Of a stretch of 17,953 nucleotides of DNA, positions 7,428-16,572 are shown piece after piece. Both the position numbers and the translations under genes were made by a program. Every line of letters begins with the position of its first letter. The stretch's first letter is position 1. Under the pieces are notes generated by a model. That model did no database searches. It had not been told where the DNA came from and was given only the letters and a program-made list of their open reading frames with translations. The DNA is from a virus (taxonomy: Duplodnaviria > Heunggongvirae > Uroviricota > Caudoviricetes), in the IMG/VR virus record IMGVR_UViG_2657244940_000020; one strand, given 5' to 3'.

Positions 7428-7503
7428 ACTGCGCTTAGCTGTTTGTCAGGCACAATCACTTCAACATAGGGCGAAGCCTAATCCAATCAGGAGGTTCGCC
7501 ACT

Positions 7504-8676
7504 ATGGCTCAGGATTACCACCACGGGGTGCGCGTTGTTGAAGTCAACGAAGGCACCCGATCCATTACCACGGTGAGCACCGCCATCGTGGGTATGGTCT
7601 GCACGGGCGATGATGCCGATGCAAAAATGTTTCCTCTTAATAAACCCGTGCTGATCACTGATGTGCTGACTGCCAGCGGTAAAGCGGGTGAGTCAGGCAC
7701 GCTGGCTCGTTCGCTGGATGCCATCGCTGACCAGGCAAAACCCGTGACCGTTGTTGTGCGTGTGCCGCAGGGTGAAACGGAAGAAGAAACCACGACCAAT
7801 ATCATCGGAGCAGTGACCGCTGAAGGTAAAAAAACAGGCATGAAAGCCCTGTTATCTGCCCAGTCACAGCTCGGCGTTAAACCGCGCATTCTCGGCGTGC
7901 CAGGTCACGACACGAAGGCGGTAGCTACTGAGTTGCTGAGCGTGGCGCAAAGCCTGCGTGGATTTGCTTACCTGTCAGCGTATGGTTGCAAGACAGTGCA
8001 GGAAGCAATCACTTACCGTGAAAACTTCAGTCAGCGTGAAGGAATGCTGATCTGGCCCGACTTTACTGGCTGGGACACGGTGCTGAATGCCGAAGCAACG
8101 GCTTATGCCACCGCCCGTGCGCTTGGTCTGCGCGCCAAAATTGACGAGCAGACCGGATGGCACAAAAGCCTGTCCAACGTGGGCGTTAACGGTGTCACCG
8201 GAATTTCTGCTGATGTGTTCTGGGATCTGCAGGACCCGGCAACCGATGCGGGACTGCTGAACCAGAACGACGTCACCACCCTTATCCGCAAAGACGGTTT
8301 TCGCTTCTGGGGTTCCCGCTGCCTGAGTGATGACCCGCTCTTTGCCTTCGAAAACTACACCCGCACGGCGCAGGTGCTGACGGACACGATGGCAGAAGCG
8401 CACATGTGGGCGGTGGATAAACCGCTGAATCCGTCGCTGGCCCGCGACATTATCGAGGGTATCCGCGCCAAAATGCGCAGCCTGGTCAGTCAGGGCTATC
8501 TCATTGGTGGTGATTGCTGGCTGGATGAGTCGGTGAACGACAAAGACACGCTGAAAGCCGGAAAACTCACCATCGACTACGACTACACGCCAGTGCCGCC
8601 ACTTGAAAACCTGATGCTGCGTCAGCGCATCACCGATCAGTACCTGGTGAATTTCTCCAGCCAGGTCAGCGCGTAA
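7504..8676 (+). CDS. FI: Contractile tail sheath protein (P2 gpFI family), 390 aa
   Basis: ORF 7504..8676 with strong SD; size (P2 FI ~396 aa) and position before the tube gene. Confidence 0.9.
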   Translation: MAQDYHHGVRVVEVNEGTRSITTVSTAIVGMVCTGDDADAKMFPLNKPVLITDVLTASGKAGESGTLARSLDAIADQAKPVTVVVRVPQGETEEETTTNIIGAVTAEGKKTGMKALLSAQSQLGVKPRILGVPGHDTKAVATELLSVAQSLRGFAYLSAYGCKTVQEAITYRENFSQREGMLIWPDFTGWDTVLNAEATAYATARALGLRAKIDEQTGWHKSLSNVGVNGVTGISADVFWDLQDPATDAGLLNQNDVTTLIRKDGFRFWGSRCLSDDPLFAFENYTRTAQVLTDTMAEAHMWAVDKPLNPSLARDIIEGIRAKMRSLVSQGYLIGGDCWLDESVNDKDTLKAGKLTIDYDYTPVPPLENLMLRQRITDQYLVNFSSQVSA

Positions 8677-8685
8677 GGGGACAAC

Positions 8686-9201
8686 ATGGCTTTACCACGC
8701 AAATTAAAACACCTGAACCTGTTTAATGACGGGAACAACTGGCAGGGGATCGTTGAGTCGCTGACGCTGCCGAAATTTACCCGCAAATATGAGAAGTATC
8801 GCGGCGGCGGAATGCCGGGTGCAGTGGATGTGGATCTGGGGCTGGATGACGGCGCACTGGATACGGAATTTTCCATTGGTGGTACTGAACTGCTGCTGTT
8901 TAAGCAGATGGGCAAAGCCACGGTAGATGGTATCCAGTTGCGCTTTACCGGCTCTATCCAGCGTGACGATACCGGGGAAGTGCAGGCCGTGGAGCTTGTG
9001 GTGCGTGGACGTCACAAAGAAGTGGATTCCGGCGAGTGGAAGACGGGCGAAAGCAACACCACCAAAGTGACCAGTACCAACAGCTACGCGAAGCTGACTA
9101 TAAATGGTGAGGTGCTCTATGAAGTGGACCTTATCAACATGGTGGAAATTGTGGACGGTGTGGACCTGATGGAAGCGCACCGCAACGCCCTCGGCCTCTG
9201 A
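8686..9201 (+). CDS. FII: Tail tube protein (P2 gpFII family), 171 aa
   Basis: ORF 8686..9201 directly after the sheath gene; size matches P2 FII (~172 aa). Confidence 0.88.
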   Translation: MALPRKLKHLNLFNDGNNWQGIVESLTLPKFTRKYEKYRGGGMPGAVDVDLGLDDGALDTEFSIGGTELLLFKQMGKATVDGIQLRFTGSIQRDDTGEVQAVELVVRGRHKEVDSGEWKTGESNTTKVTSTNSYAKLTINGEVLYEVDLINMVEIVDGVDLMEAHRNALGL

Positions 9202-9255
9202 TGTATCTGAACGGCGCGGGATACCGCGCCAGAACCCAATTTACAGGACAGCAAA

Positions 9256-9558
9256 ATGAGCGATAAGCAGACTGAAAAGACTATTCAACTGGATACCCCC
9301 ATCAAGCGCGGTAAAACAGAAATCACCGAAATTGTGCTGCGTAAACCGCAGTCCGGTGCGCTGCGCGGTACACGCCTGCAGGCCATTATGGATATGGATG
9401 TGAACGCGATGATGACCGTGATCCCCCGCATCTCCAGTCCGGCACTGACTGCACAGGAAATTGCAGAGATGGACCCGGCAGATCTCACTGCCATGTCGGT
9501 TGAGGTTGTCACTTTTTTGTTGAAGAAGTCGGTGCTTGCCGGTTTACCGACAGCCTGA
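9256..9558 (+). CDS. E: Tail assembly chaperone E (P2 gpE), 100 aa
   Basis: ORF 9256..9558 upstream of the tape measure gene; contains the T6G slippery site near its 3' end. Confidence 0.8.
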   Translation: MSDKQTEKTIQLDTPIKRGKTEITEIVLRKPQSGALRGTRLQAIMDMDVNAMMTVIPRISSPALTAQEIAEMDPADLTAMSVEVVTFLLKKSVLAGLPTA

Positions 9559-9692
9559 CGGTTGACGATCTGGTGGCTGATATCGCCACCATCTTTCACT
9601 GGCCGCCATCCGTTACTGACGTTATGCCGCTGACCGAAGTGCTGGAATGGCGGTATAAAGTGATTCAGAGAAGCGGGGCCAACGATGAGTGA
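9256..9692 (+). CDS. Tail assembly chaperone E+E' made by programmed -1 frameshift at TTTTTTG (9513-9519); predicted ~145 aa
   Basis: Slippery heptamer T TTT TTG at 9513-9519 in the E frame. The -1 frame is open from there (FFVEEVGACRFTDSLTVDDLVADIATIFHWPPSVTDVMPLTEVLEWRYKVIQRSGANDE*) to TGA 9690-9692, overlapping the T start codon. Same arrangement as P2 E/E+E'. Confidence 0.65.
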
Positions 9693-12600
9693 TAATAACC
9701 TGCGCCTGCAGGTCATTCTTAATGCGGTTGACAAACTCACCCGCCCATTCCGTGCTGCACAGGCCAGTTCGAAAGAGCTGGCTGGCGCAATTCAGAATAC
9801 CCGAAACAGCCTCAAAGAACTAAATAAGCAGGCTGGCAGAATTGATGAATTTCGCAAGACGCGCTCGCAACTAGCCATAACAGCCAACAACCTGAACGCA
9901 GCCCGCGAAGAGGCGGCAAAACTCGCCACACAATTTGCTGCCACTAACAGGCCAACCGCCGCGCAGGCAAAGTTATTCAGTCAGGCCAAAACACGAGTAC
10001 AGGAACTTCAGCAGACCTATAACGGCTTGTTGGGGGCGGTCCAGAGACAACGTCAGGCACTTAAAGAATCAGGGATTGATACCAGACAACTCAGTAGTGC
10101 CCAGCGAGAACTTAAGAAAAATGCCGAAGAAACTCGTCAGGCACTGGAGGGCCAGCAAAAAGCACTTAAACGTCTGGGTGAACAACAGGCACGGATGAAC
10201 GCTGCCAGAGAACAATACTCAAGACGGCTTGAAGTGCGCGATCGCATCGCAGGAGCCGGAGCCACCACCACGGCTGCAGGGCTGGCAATGGGCGCGCCAG
10301 TGATGGCGGCGGTAAAAAGCTATACCAGCATGGAAGATGCCATGAAAGGTGTGGCAAAGCAGGTCAATGGTCTGCGTGACGATAATGGCAACCGCACTGT
10401 GCGTTTTTACGAAATGCAGGATGCCATCAAAGCTGCCAGTGAACAGCTGCCAATGGAAAACGGTGCTGTGGACTTCGCCGCACTGGTTGAAGGTGGTGCG
10501 CGCATGAATGTGGCAAACCCTGACGACAGCTGGGAGGACCAGAAACGTGACCTGCTGGCCTTCGCCAGTACGGCAGCAAAGGCGGCAACAGCCTTTGAGC
10601 TGCCAGCGGATGAACTGTCAGAAAGTCTGGGGAAAATCGCCCAGCTCTACAAAATACCAACCCGCAATATTGAACAGCTCGGTGATGCGCTGAACTATCT
10701 GGATGATAACGCTATGTCGAAAGGGGCAGACATCATTGATGTCATGCAACGCCTGGGCGGTGTGGCTGATCGTCTGGATTATCGTAAAGCGGCGGCGCTG
10801 GGTTCCACCTTCCTGACACTGGGGGCTGCGCCGGAGGTCGCTGCCAGTGCTGCCAACGCGATGGTGCGTGAATTGTCCATTGCCACCATGCAAAGCAAGA
10901 GTTTCTTTGAAGGGATGAATCTGCTGAAACTCAATCCTGAAGTGATTGAAAAGCAGATGACGAAGGATGCGATGGGAACTATCCAGCGTGTGCTGGAGAA
11001 GGTGAACGCACTGCCGCAGGACAAGCGTCTGTCTGCCATGACCATGTTGTTTGGTAAAGAGTTTGGCGATGACGCGGCGAAACTGGCAAACAACCTGCCG
11101 GAACTACAGCGCCAGCTAAAACTGACAGCGGGCAATGATGCGCTCGGTTCCATGCAGAAAGAATCCGACATCAACAAGGACTCACTTTCTGCTCAGTGGT
11201 TGCTGGTTAAAACCGGAGCGCAGAATACCTTCAGCAGCCTGGGCGAAACGCTGCGCCAGCCGCTGATAGATATTCTGTACACGGTGAAAAGCATCACGGG
11301 GGCGTTGCGTCGCTGGGTGGAAGCTAACCCTGAACTGACGGGTACACTGATGAAAGTAGCCGCGGTTGTGGCTGCGGTTACTGTCGGCCTCGGCACCTTA
11401 GCGGTGGCGCTGGCTGCAGTGCTGGGGCCGCTGGCAGTGATCCGTCTGGGATTCTCTGTGCTGGGTATCAAAACGTTACCTTCCGTTACGGCAGCAGTAA
11501 CTCGAACCAGCAGCGCGTTGTCCTGGCTGGCTGGCGCACCACTGATACTGCTGCGACGCGGGCTTGCTTCATCGGGCAACGCTGCGGGTTTACTTACTGC
11601 ACCGTTGTCATCTTTGCGCCGCACGGCATCACTGACGGGAAATGTCTTGAAAACTGTAGCAGGTGCGCCAGTTGCACTTTTGCGGTCTGGATTATCCGGT
11701 TTACGTGCTGTTGCTGTGATGTTTATGAATCCTCTGGCGGTACTGCGCGGTGGACTGGCAGCCGCAGGCGCGGTGCTGCGAGTGCTTGCATCTGGTCCGC
11801 TGGCGATGCTGCGCGTTGCCCTGTATGCCATATCTGGTCTGTTAGGTGCTCTGCTTAGTCCGATAGGTCTTGTGGTTACTGCACTGGCGGGTGTGGCGCT
11901 GGTTGTCTGGAAATACTGGCAACCCATCACCGCATTTCTCGGTGGCGTGGTGGAAGGATTCAAAGCGGCGGCAGGTCCCATCAGTGCAGCGTTTGAACCA
12001 CTTAAGCCCGTGTTCCAGTGGATTGGCGACAAAGTGCAGGCGCTGTGGGGCTGGTTTACTGATCTGCTGACGCCTGTTAAGTCGACCTCTGCCGAACTGC
12101 AGAGCGCAGCGGCAATGGGGCGACGATTCGGGGAGGCACTGGCGGAAGGGCTGAATATGGTCATGCATCCGCTGGACTCCCTGAAATCCGGCGTTTCCTG
12201 GTTGCTGGATAAACTCGGCATTGTCAGTAAAGAGGCTGCAAAGGCGAAACTGCCGGAAAGTGTGACGCGTCAGCAACCTGCGACGGTGAATGCAGACGGT
12301 AAAGTGATGATGCCATCGGGTGGTTTTCCGTCATGGGGATATAGCTTTGCGGGGATGTATGACAGCGGCGGCTATATCCCGCGCGGGCAGTTTGGCATCG
12401 TCGGTGAAAACGGGCCGGAAATTGTCAACGGCCCGGCAAACGTGACCAGCCGGAGAAATACCGCTGCACTGGCTGCGGTTGTTGCCGGAATGATGGGCGT
12501 TGCTGCCGCGCCTACAGAGCTTCCACCGTTGCACCCTTTGGCACTTCCCGCGAAAGGCGGCGAAGCGATGGTGAGTCGTGCAGCCACTGTGCCGCCCATT

Positions 12601-12762
12601 CAACGGATTGAGGCACCGACGCAGATCATCATTCAGACGCAGCCAGGACAAAGTGCGCAGGATATTGCGCGGGAGGTGGCCCGCCAGCTTGATGAACGTG
12701 AACGCAGGCTGAAGGCAAAAGCCAGGAGTAACTACAGCGATCAGGGGGGATACGACGCATGA
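9685..12762 (+). CDS. T: Tail tape measure protein (P2 gpT family), 1025 aa
   Basis: ORF 9685..12762; long alpha-helical N-terminal region, hydrophobic segment with periodic L-R-x-G-L repeats, position after E/E'; start overlaps E' stop. Confidence 0.9.
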   Translation: MSDNNLRLQVILNAVDKLTRPFRAAQASSKELAGAIQNTRNSLKELNKQAGRIDEFRKTRSQLAITANNLNAAREEAAKLATQFAATNRPTAAQAKLFSQAKTRVQELQQTYNGLLGAVQRQRQALKESGIDTRQLSSAQRELKKNAEETRQALEGQQKALKRLGEQQARMNAAREQYSRRLEVRDRIAGAGATTTAAGLAMGAPVMAAVKSYTSMEDAMKGVAKQVNGLRDDNGNRTVRFYEMQDAIKAASEQLPMENGAVDFAALVEGGARMNVANPDDSWEDQKRDLLAFASTAAKAATAFELPADELSESLGKIAQLYKIPTRNIEQLGDALNYLDDNAMSKGADIIDVMQRLGGVADRLDYRKAAALGSTFLTLGAAPEVAASAANAMVRELSIATMQSKSFFEGMNLLKLNPEVIEKQMTKDAMGTIQRVLEKVNALPQDKRLSAMTMLFGKEFGDDAAKLANNLPELQRQLKLTAGNDALGSMQKESDINKDSLSAQWLLVKTGAQNTFSSLGETLRQPLIDILYTVKSITGALRRWVEANPELTGTLMKVAAVVAAVTVGLGTLAVALAAVLGPLAVIRLGFSVLGIKTLPSVTAAVTRTSSALSWLAGAPLILLRRGLASSGNAAGLLTAPLSSLRRTASLTGNVLKTVAGAPVALLRSGLSGLRAVAVMFMNPLAVLRGGLAAAGAVLRVLASGPLAMLRVALYAISGLLGALLSPIGLVVTALAGVALVVWKYWQPITAFLGGVVEGFKAAAGPISAAFEPLKPVFQWIGDKVQALWGWFTDLLTPVKSTSAELQSAAAMGRRFGEALAEGLNMVMHPLDSLKSGVSWLLDKLGIVSKEAAKAKLPESVTRQQPATVNADGKVMMPSGGFPSWGYSFAGMYDSGGYIPRGQFGIVGENGPEIVNGPANVTSRRNTAALAAVVAGMMGVAAAPTELPPLHPLALPAKGGEAMVSRAATVPPIQRIEAPTQIIIQTQPGQSAQDIAREVARQLDERERRLKAKARSNYSDQGGYDA

Positions 12763-13244
12763 TGATGGTGCTGGGATTGTACGTGTTTATGCTGCGCACC
12801 GTGCCGTATCAGGAGCTGCAGTATCAACGCAGCTGGCGACATGCGGCAAACAGCCGGGTAAACCGACGTCCGTCCACGCAGTTTCTGGGACCGGACAACG
12901 ACATGCTGACGCTTTCCGGTGTTCTTATGCCGGAGATAACAGGTGGCAGGATGTCGTTGCTGGCACTGGAGCAGATGGCAGAACAGGGGAAAGCATGGCC
13001 CCTGATTGAAGGCAGCGGCACGATTTATGGCATGTATGTGATTGAGGGACTGAATCAGACTAAAACGGAGTTTTTCCGCGATGGTATGCCGCGCCGGATT
13101 GAGTTTACCCTGTCGCTCAAACGGGTGGATGAATCCCTGTCCGATATGTTCGGTGATCTCAGTGCGCAGCTGAATAATCTGCAGGATACGGCAACGTCTG
13201 CCTTAAGCGATATCAGTAAAACGGTGGGAGGGCTGCTGTCGTGA
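12759..13244 (+). CDS. U: Tail protein U (P2 gpU family), 161 aa
   Basis: ORF 12759..13244, ATG overlaps T stop; size matches P2 gpU (~159 aa). Confidence 0.85.
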   Translation: MMMVLGLYVFMLRTVPYQELQYQRSWRHAANSRVNRRPSTQFLGPDNDMLTLSGVLMPEITGGRMSLLALEQMAEQGKAWPLIEGSGTIYGMYVIEGLNQTKTEFFRDGMPRRIEFTLSLKRVDESLSDMFGDLSAQLNNLQDTATSALSDISKTVGGLLS

Positions 13245-14365
13245 ATTTCAGCTCTGAACTGCTTAACAAAGGCAACAAAACTCCCGCATTCAGCATCAGT
13301 ATTGAGGGGAAGGATATCACCACTGTGCTGGATAACCGCCTGATGAGTCTGACGTTGACGGACAATCGGGGCTTTGAAGCAGACCAGCTTGATCTGGAGC
13401 TGGACGACGCCGACGGAAAAATCGTGCTGCCGCGCCGTGGGGCGGTCATCACGCTGGCGCTGGGCTGGAAGGGGCAGCCGCTTTTCCCGAAAGGGGCATT
13501 CACGGTGGACGAGATTGAACACACCGGCGCACCGGATCGCCTGACTATCCGGGCGCGAAGTGCTGATTTTAGGGAAACGCTGAATACCCGCCGTGAAAAA
13601 TCGTGGCACAAGACCACTGTCGGGGAAGTGGTGAAGGAAATAGCCGCGCGTCATAAGCTGAAGATGGCACTGGGTAAAGACCTGTCGGATAAGCCCGTGG
13701 AGCATATAGACCAGACTAATGAGAGTGACGGCAGTTTTCTGATGCGGCTGGCGCGCCAGTACGGTGCCATCGCGTCGGTGAAAAATGGCAATCTGTTATT
13801 CATCCGGCAGGGACAGGGCAAAAGCGCCAGCGGTAAACCACTGCCGGTGATCTCAATCACACGTAAGGACGGCGACAGTCACCGCTTTACCCTGGCAGAT
13901 CGCGGAGCCTACACGGGCGTAATTGCCAGCTGGTTGCATACCCGCGAACCCGCGAAGAAAGAAAGCACCACGGTGAAGCGTAAGCGCAGGACTAAGAAGC
14001 AGAAGAAAGAGCCGGAAGCGAAGCAGGGCGATTACCTGGTGGGTACAGATGAAAACGTGCTGGTACTTAATCGCACCTATGCCAACCGGAGCAACGCCGA
14101 ACGGGCGGCGAAAATGCAGTGGGAACGCCTGCAACGCGGCGTTGCGTCATTCTCGCTACAACTGGCAGAAGGTCGGGCAGATCTCTACACGGAAATGCCA
14201 GTGAAAGTCAGTGGCTTTAAACAGCCGATAGATGATGCGGAATGGACCATTACGACTCTGACGCATACTGTCAGCCCGGATAACGGTTTTACGACCAGTT
14301 TGGAGCTTGAAGTGAAGATTGATGATTTCGAAATGGAAGGATTCTTCGCAATGGAGAACTTTTAA
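13241..14365 (+). CDS. D: Tail protein D (P2 gpD / late control D family), 374 aa, GTG start overlapping U stop
   Basis: ORF 13241..14365 (MNFSSELLNKGNKTPAFSISIEGKDITTVLDNR...), size close to P2 gpD (387 aa), last gene before ogr as in P2. Confidence 0.87.
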   Translation: MNFSSELLNKGNKTPAFSISIEGKDITTVLDNRLMSLTLTDNRGFEADQLDLELDDADGKIVLPRRGAVITLALGWKGQPLFPKGAFTVDEIEHTGAPDRLTIRARSADFRETLNTRREKSWHKTTVGEVVKEIAARHKLKMALGKDLSDKPVEHIDQTNESDGSFLMRLARQYGAIASVKNGNLLFIRQGQGKSASGKPLPVISITRKDGDSHRFTLADRGAYTGVIASWLHTREPAKKESTTVKRKRRTKKQKKEPEAKQGDYLVGTDENVLVLNRTYANRSNAERAAKMQWERLQRGVASFSLQLAEGRADLYTEMPVKVSGFKQPIDDAEWTITTLTHTVSPDNGFTTSLELEVKIDDFEMEGFFAMENF

Positions 14366-14431
14366 GTTTTCAAAATGGAATAATGCGGTATCATTATTGT
14401 GAATTTAGCAAAAATGGGGAGAACTCGAAAA

Positions 14432-14650
14432 ATGATGATTTGCCCACTGTGTGGAAGTGCCGCCCATACTCGCAGCAGTTTTCAGGTATCTTCATTGACC
14501 AAAGAGCGTTACAACCAGTGCCAGAACATTAACTGCAGCCATACTTTTGTTACCCATGAAACTTTTGTTCGTTCGATTGCAACGCCAAAAGAGTCAAATC
14601 CGGTTCAGCCGCATCCAATGAAATCAGAACAGGTGGCGCTCTCTCTTTGA
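14432..14650 (+). CDS. ogr: Ogr/Delta-family zinc-finger late transcription activator, 72 aa
   Basis: MMICPLCGSAAHTRSS...ERYNQCQNINCSHTF has the CxxC-N22-CxxxxC zinc-finger spacing and the size of P2 Ogr (72 aa). ORF track starts at 14399, but the ATG at 14432 gives the expected length and N-terminus. Confidence 0.85.
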   Translation: MMICPLCGSAAHTRSSFQVSSLTKERYNQCQNINCSHTFVTHETFVRSIATPKESNPVQPHPMKSEQVALSL

Positions 14651-14728
14651 CGCTGCCGCCATTTTGTCGCCATCGTTAAAAAACAGTGTTTCTAACATCA
14701 TGATTTTAAACAGCTTAAATTTCAGGCA

Positions 14729-14809
14729 ACAAAAAACCCATCAACCTTGAACCGAAATGGCGGGGTTGATGGGCTCCACAAAATGGGGACATCAAAGAAA
14801 AGCAGTGGC
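14729..14809 (-). ncRNA. rybB: RybB small regulatory RNA (sigma-E dependent, Hfq-binding), ~81 nt including intrinsic terminator
   Basis: Reverse complement of 14729-14809 reads GCCACTGCTTTTCTTTGATGTCCCCATTTTGTGGAGCCCATCAACCCCGCCATTTCGGTTCAAGGTTGATGGGTTTTTTGTT, matching my memory of E. coli RybB. It ends in a 10-bp stem (14737-14746 / 14764-14773) followed by a U-run on the minus strand. Confidence 0.85.
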
Positions 14810-14845
14810 ACTAATTAAGACTGATGCCCTGCGGAAAAGTTCTGC
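14810..14845 (-). promoter_or_regulatory. rybB sigma-E promoter (-35 GAACTT, -10 GTCTTA)
   Basis: Minus-strand sequence upstream of the RybB 5' end: GAACTT (plus 14837-14842) and GTCTTA (plus 14816-14821) with ~15-16 nt spacing, fitting the sigma-E consensus GGAACTT-N16-TCnnA. Confidence 0.6.
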
Positions 14846-14886
14846 GGTTGTGCAAAAAAAATTTCATTTTCAGGGCAACTTCAGTT

Positions 14887-16572
14887 TTATCCTAATCCTG
14901 GCCATACCATGACGATGATTGTCCCTGCCAGCGTCAGCAGGACGTTGGCGATTGCATAGGTGCCCGCATAGCCCAGCGCCGGGATGTTACTGCGAGCTGT
15001 ATCACTGATGATCTCCATTGCCGGCGCGCAGGTGCGTGCGCCCATCATTGCGCCGAACAACAGTGCGCGGTTCATTCGCAATACATAAGCACCGAACAAG
15101 AAACAGATAACCACTGGCACAAGACTGACAATCAATCCGGCAATCAACATCTGACCGCCAATCGCGCCCAGGCCGTTATTAATACCGCTACCGGCGCTCA
15201 GACCAACGCCTGCCATAAACACCATTAAGCCGAACTCTTTCACCATGCTTAATGCACCCTGCGGAATGTAACCGAAGGTCGGGTGGTTAGCGCGCATAAA
15301 GCCCAGCATAATTCCGGCGAATAACAACCCGGCAGCGTTCCCCATGCCGAAACTGAATGTGCTGAACTGGAAGGTGATCATCCCGATCATCAGCCCAATA
15401 ACAAAGAAGGCGCAGAATGCCAGCAAGTCAGTGACCTGGCTGTGAATCGAGATAAAGCCGATGCGATCGGCGATGGTTTTTACGCGACGGGCATCGCCGC
15501 TGACTTGTAAAACGTCACCTTTGTTAAGCACGACGTTGTCATCTATCGGCATCTCAATCTGGCTACGAATGACGCGGTTAAGGAAGCAACCGTGATCGGT
15601 CAACTTCAGTTGTGCGAGACGTTTGCCCACGGCGTTATGGTTTTTAACGACCACTTCTTCAGTGACGATACGCATGTCGAGAAGGTCACGATCGAAAACT
15701 TCTTTGCCGTTACGGAAGCTGGGATCGAGTCGTGCGTGGGCGTCGGGATAGCCTACCAACGCTATTTCATCGCCCATTTGTAGCACAGCATCACCGTCTG
15801 GATTCGCCAGAATCCCGTTACGTCGAATACGTTCAATGTAGCAGCCAGTTTGTCGATAAATACCCAGTTCACGCAGATTTTTGCCGTCGGTCCAGGCCAC
15901 CAGCTCCGGGCCGACGCGGTAGGCGCGGATCACCGGTAAATAAACCTTACGGTTGGCATCAGTGTCCAGGCCACGTTCGCGGGCGATTTGCTGGGCGCTG
16001 GTCTGTAAGTCCTGATGCTGCAATTTCGGCAAGTAACGCGCACCAACAATCAAACTCACCAGACCGATTAAATAGGTTAAGGCATACCCGAGGCTCAGAT
16101 TATCCAGTGCCAGTGAGAGTTGCCTGCTTTCCATGCCGGAATGACGCAGTGTATCGCCAGCACCGACCAGAACCGGTGTCGACGTCATAGAGCCAGCTAA
16201 CATACCGGCCGTCAGGCCAATATCCCAGCCAAACAGCTTACCTAACCCTAAGGCGATCACCAGCGCACTGCCAACCATCACCAGTGCTAACATTAGGTAA
16301 TTTTTCCCATCGCGAAAAAAAATGGAAAAAAAGTTCGGTCCGGCTTCGACCCCGACGCAGAAAATAAACAGCATAAAGCCAAGATTAAGCGCGTCGGTGT
16401 TAATGCTGAAATGTTGTTGGCCTAATAACAGCGATACGACTAAAACGCCAATGGAATTACCCAGTTGGATCGAACCAAGTCGTAATTTCCCGAGACATAG
16501 CCCAAGCGCGAGGACCACAAATAATAACAGAATGTAATTCCCATTTAACAATTCGGCGACGTTTATATTCAC
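14887..16572 (-). CDS. ybjL: Putative transporter YbjL (AAE family, two RCK_C/TrkA-C domains), 561 aa
   Basis: ORF 14887..16572 ([25 protein letters not shown]...VWPGLG) matches remembered E. coli YbjL in full length. Confidence 0.92.

Larger units (their letters stand above)
670..14728 (+). mobile_element. Defective P2-like prophage remnant: tail/baseplate module plus ogr, left end deleted within R, right end adjacent to rybB
   Basis: Contiguous P2-order gene set S-V-W-J-I-H-G-(invertible segment, invertase)-FI-FII-E/E'-T-U-D-ogr, with overlapping start/stop codons typical of phage late operons. No int, C, cox, A, B, capsid or lysis genes in window. Right boundary is approximate (somewhere between ogr stop 14650 and the rybB 3' end 14729). 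Confidence 0.85.

Noticed and set aside
8704-9180. 158-aa minus-strand ORF antisense to the tail tube gene
   Set aside because: Fully embedded antisense to FII, His/Phe-rich translation with no family resemblance.
11193-12221. 342-aa minus-strand ORF, with further minus-strand ORFs at 10779-11177 and 11842-12276, inside the tape measure gene
   Set aside because: Entirely antisense to a well-supported long CDS in a GC-rich repetitive block; translations are Ala/Ser/Pro/Arg-rich low-complexity with no recognisable domain and no RBS context. Treated as open-frame artefacts.
15592-16190. Plus-strand ORFs (63 and 152 aa) inside ybjL
   Set aside because: Antisense to the full-length, well-recognised ybjL CDS.
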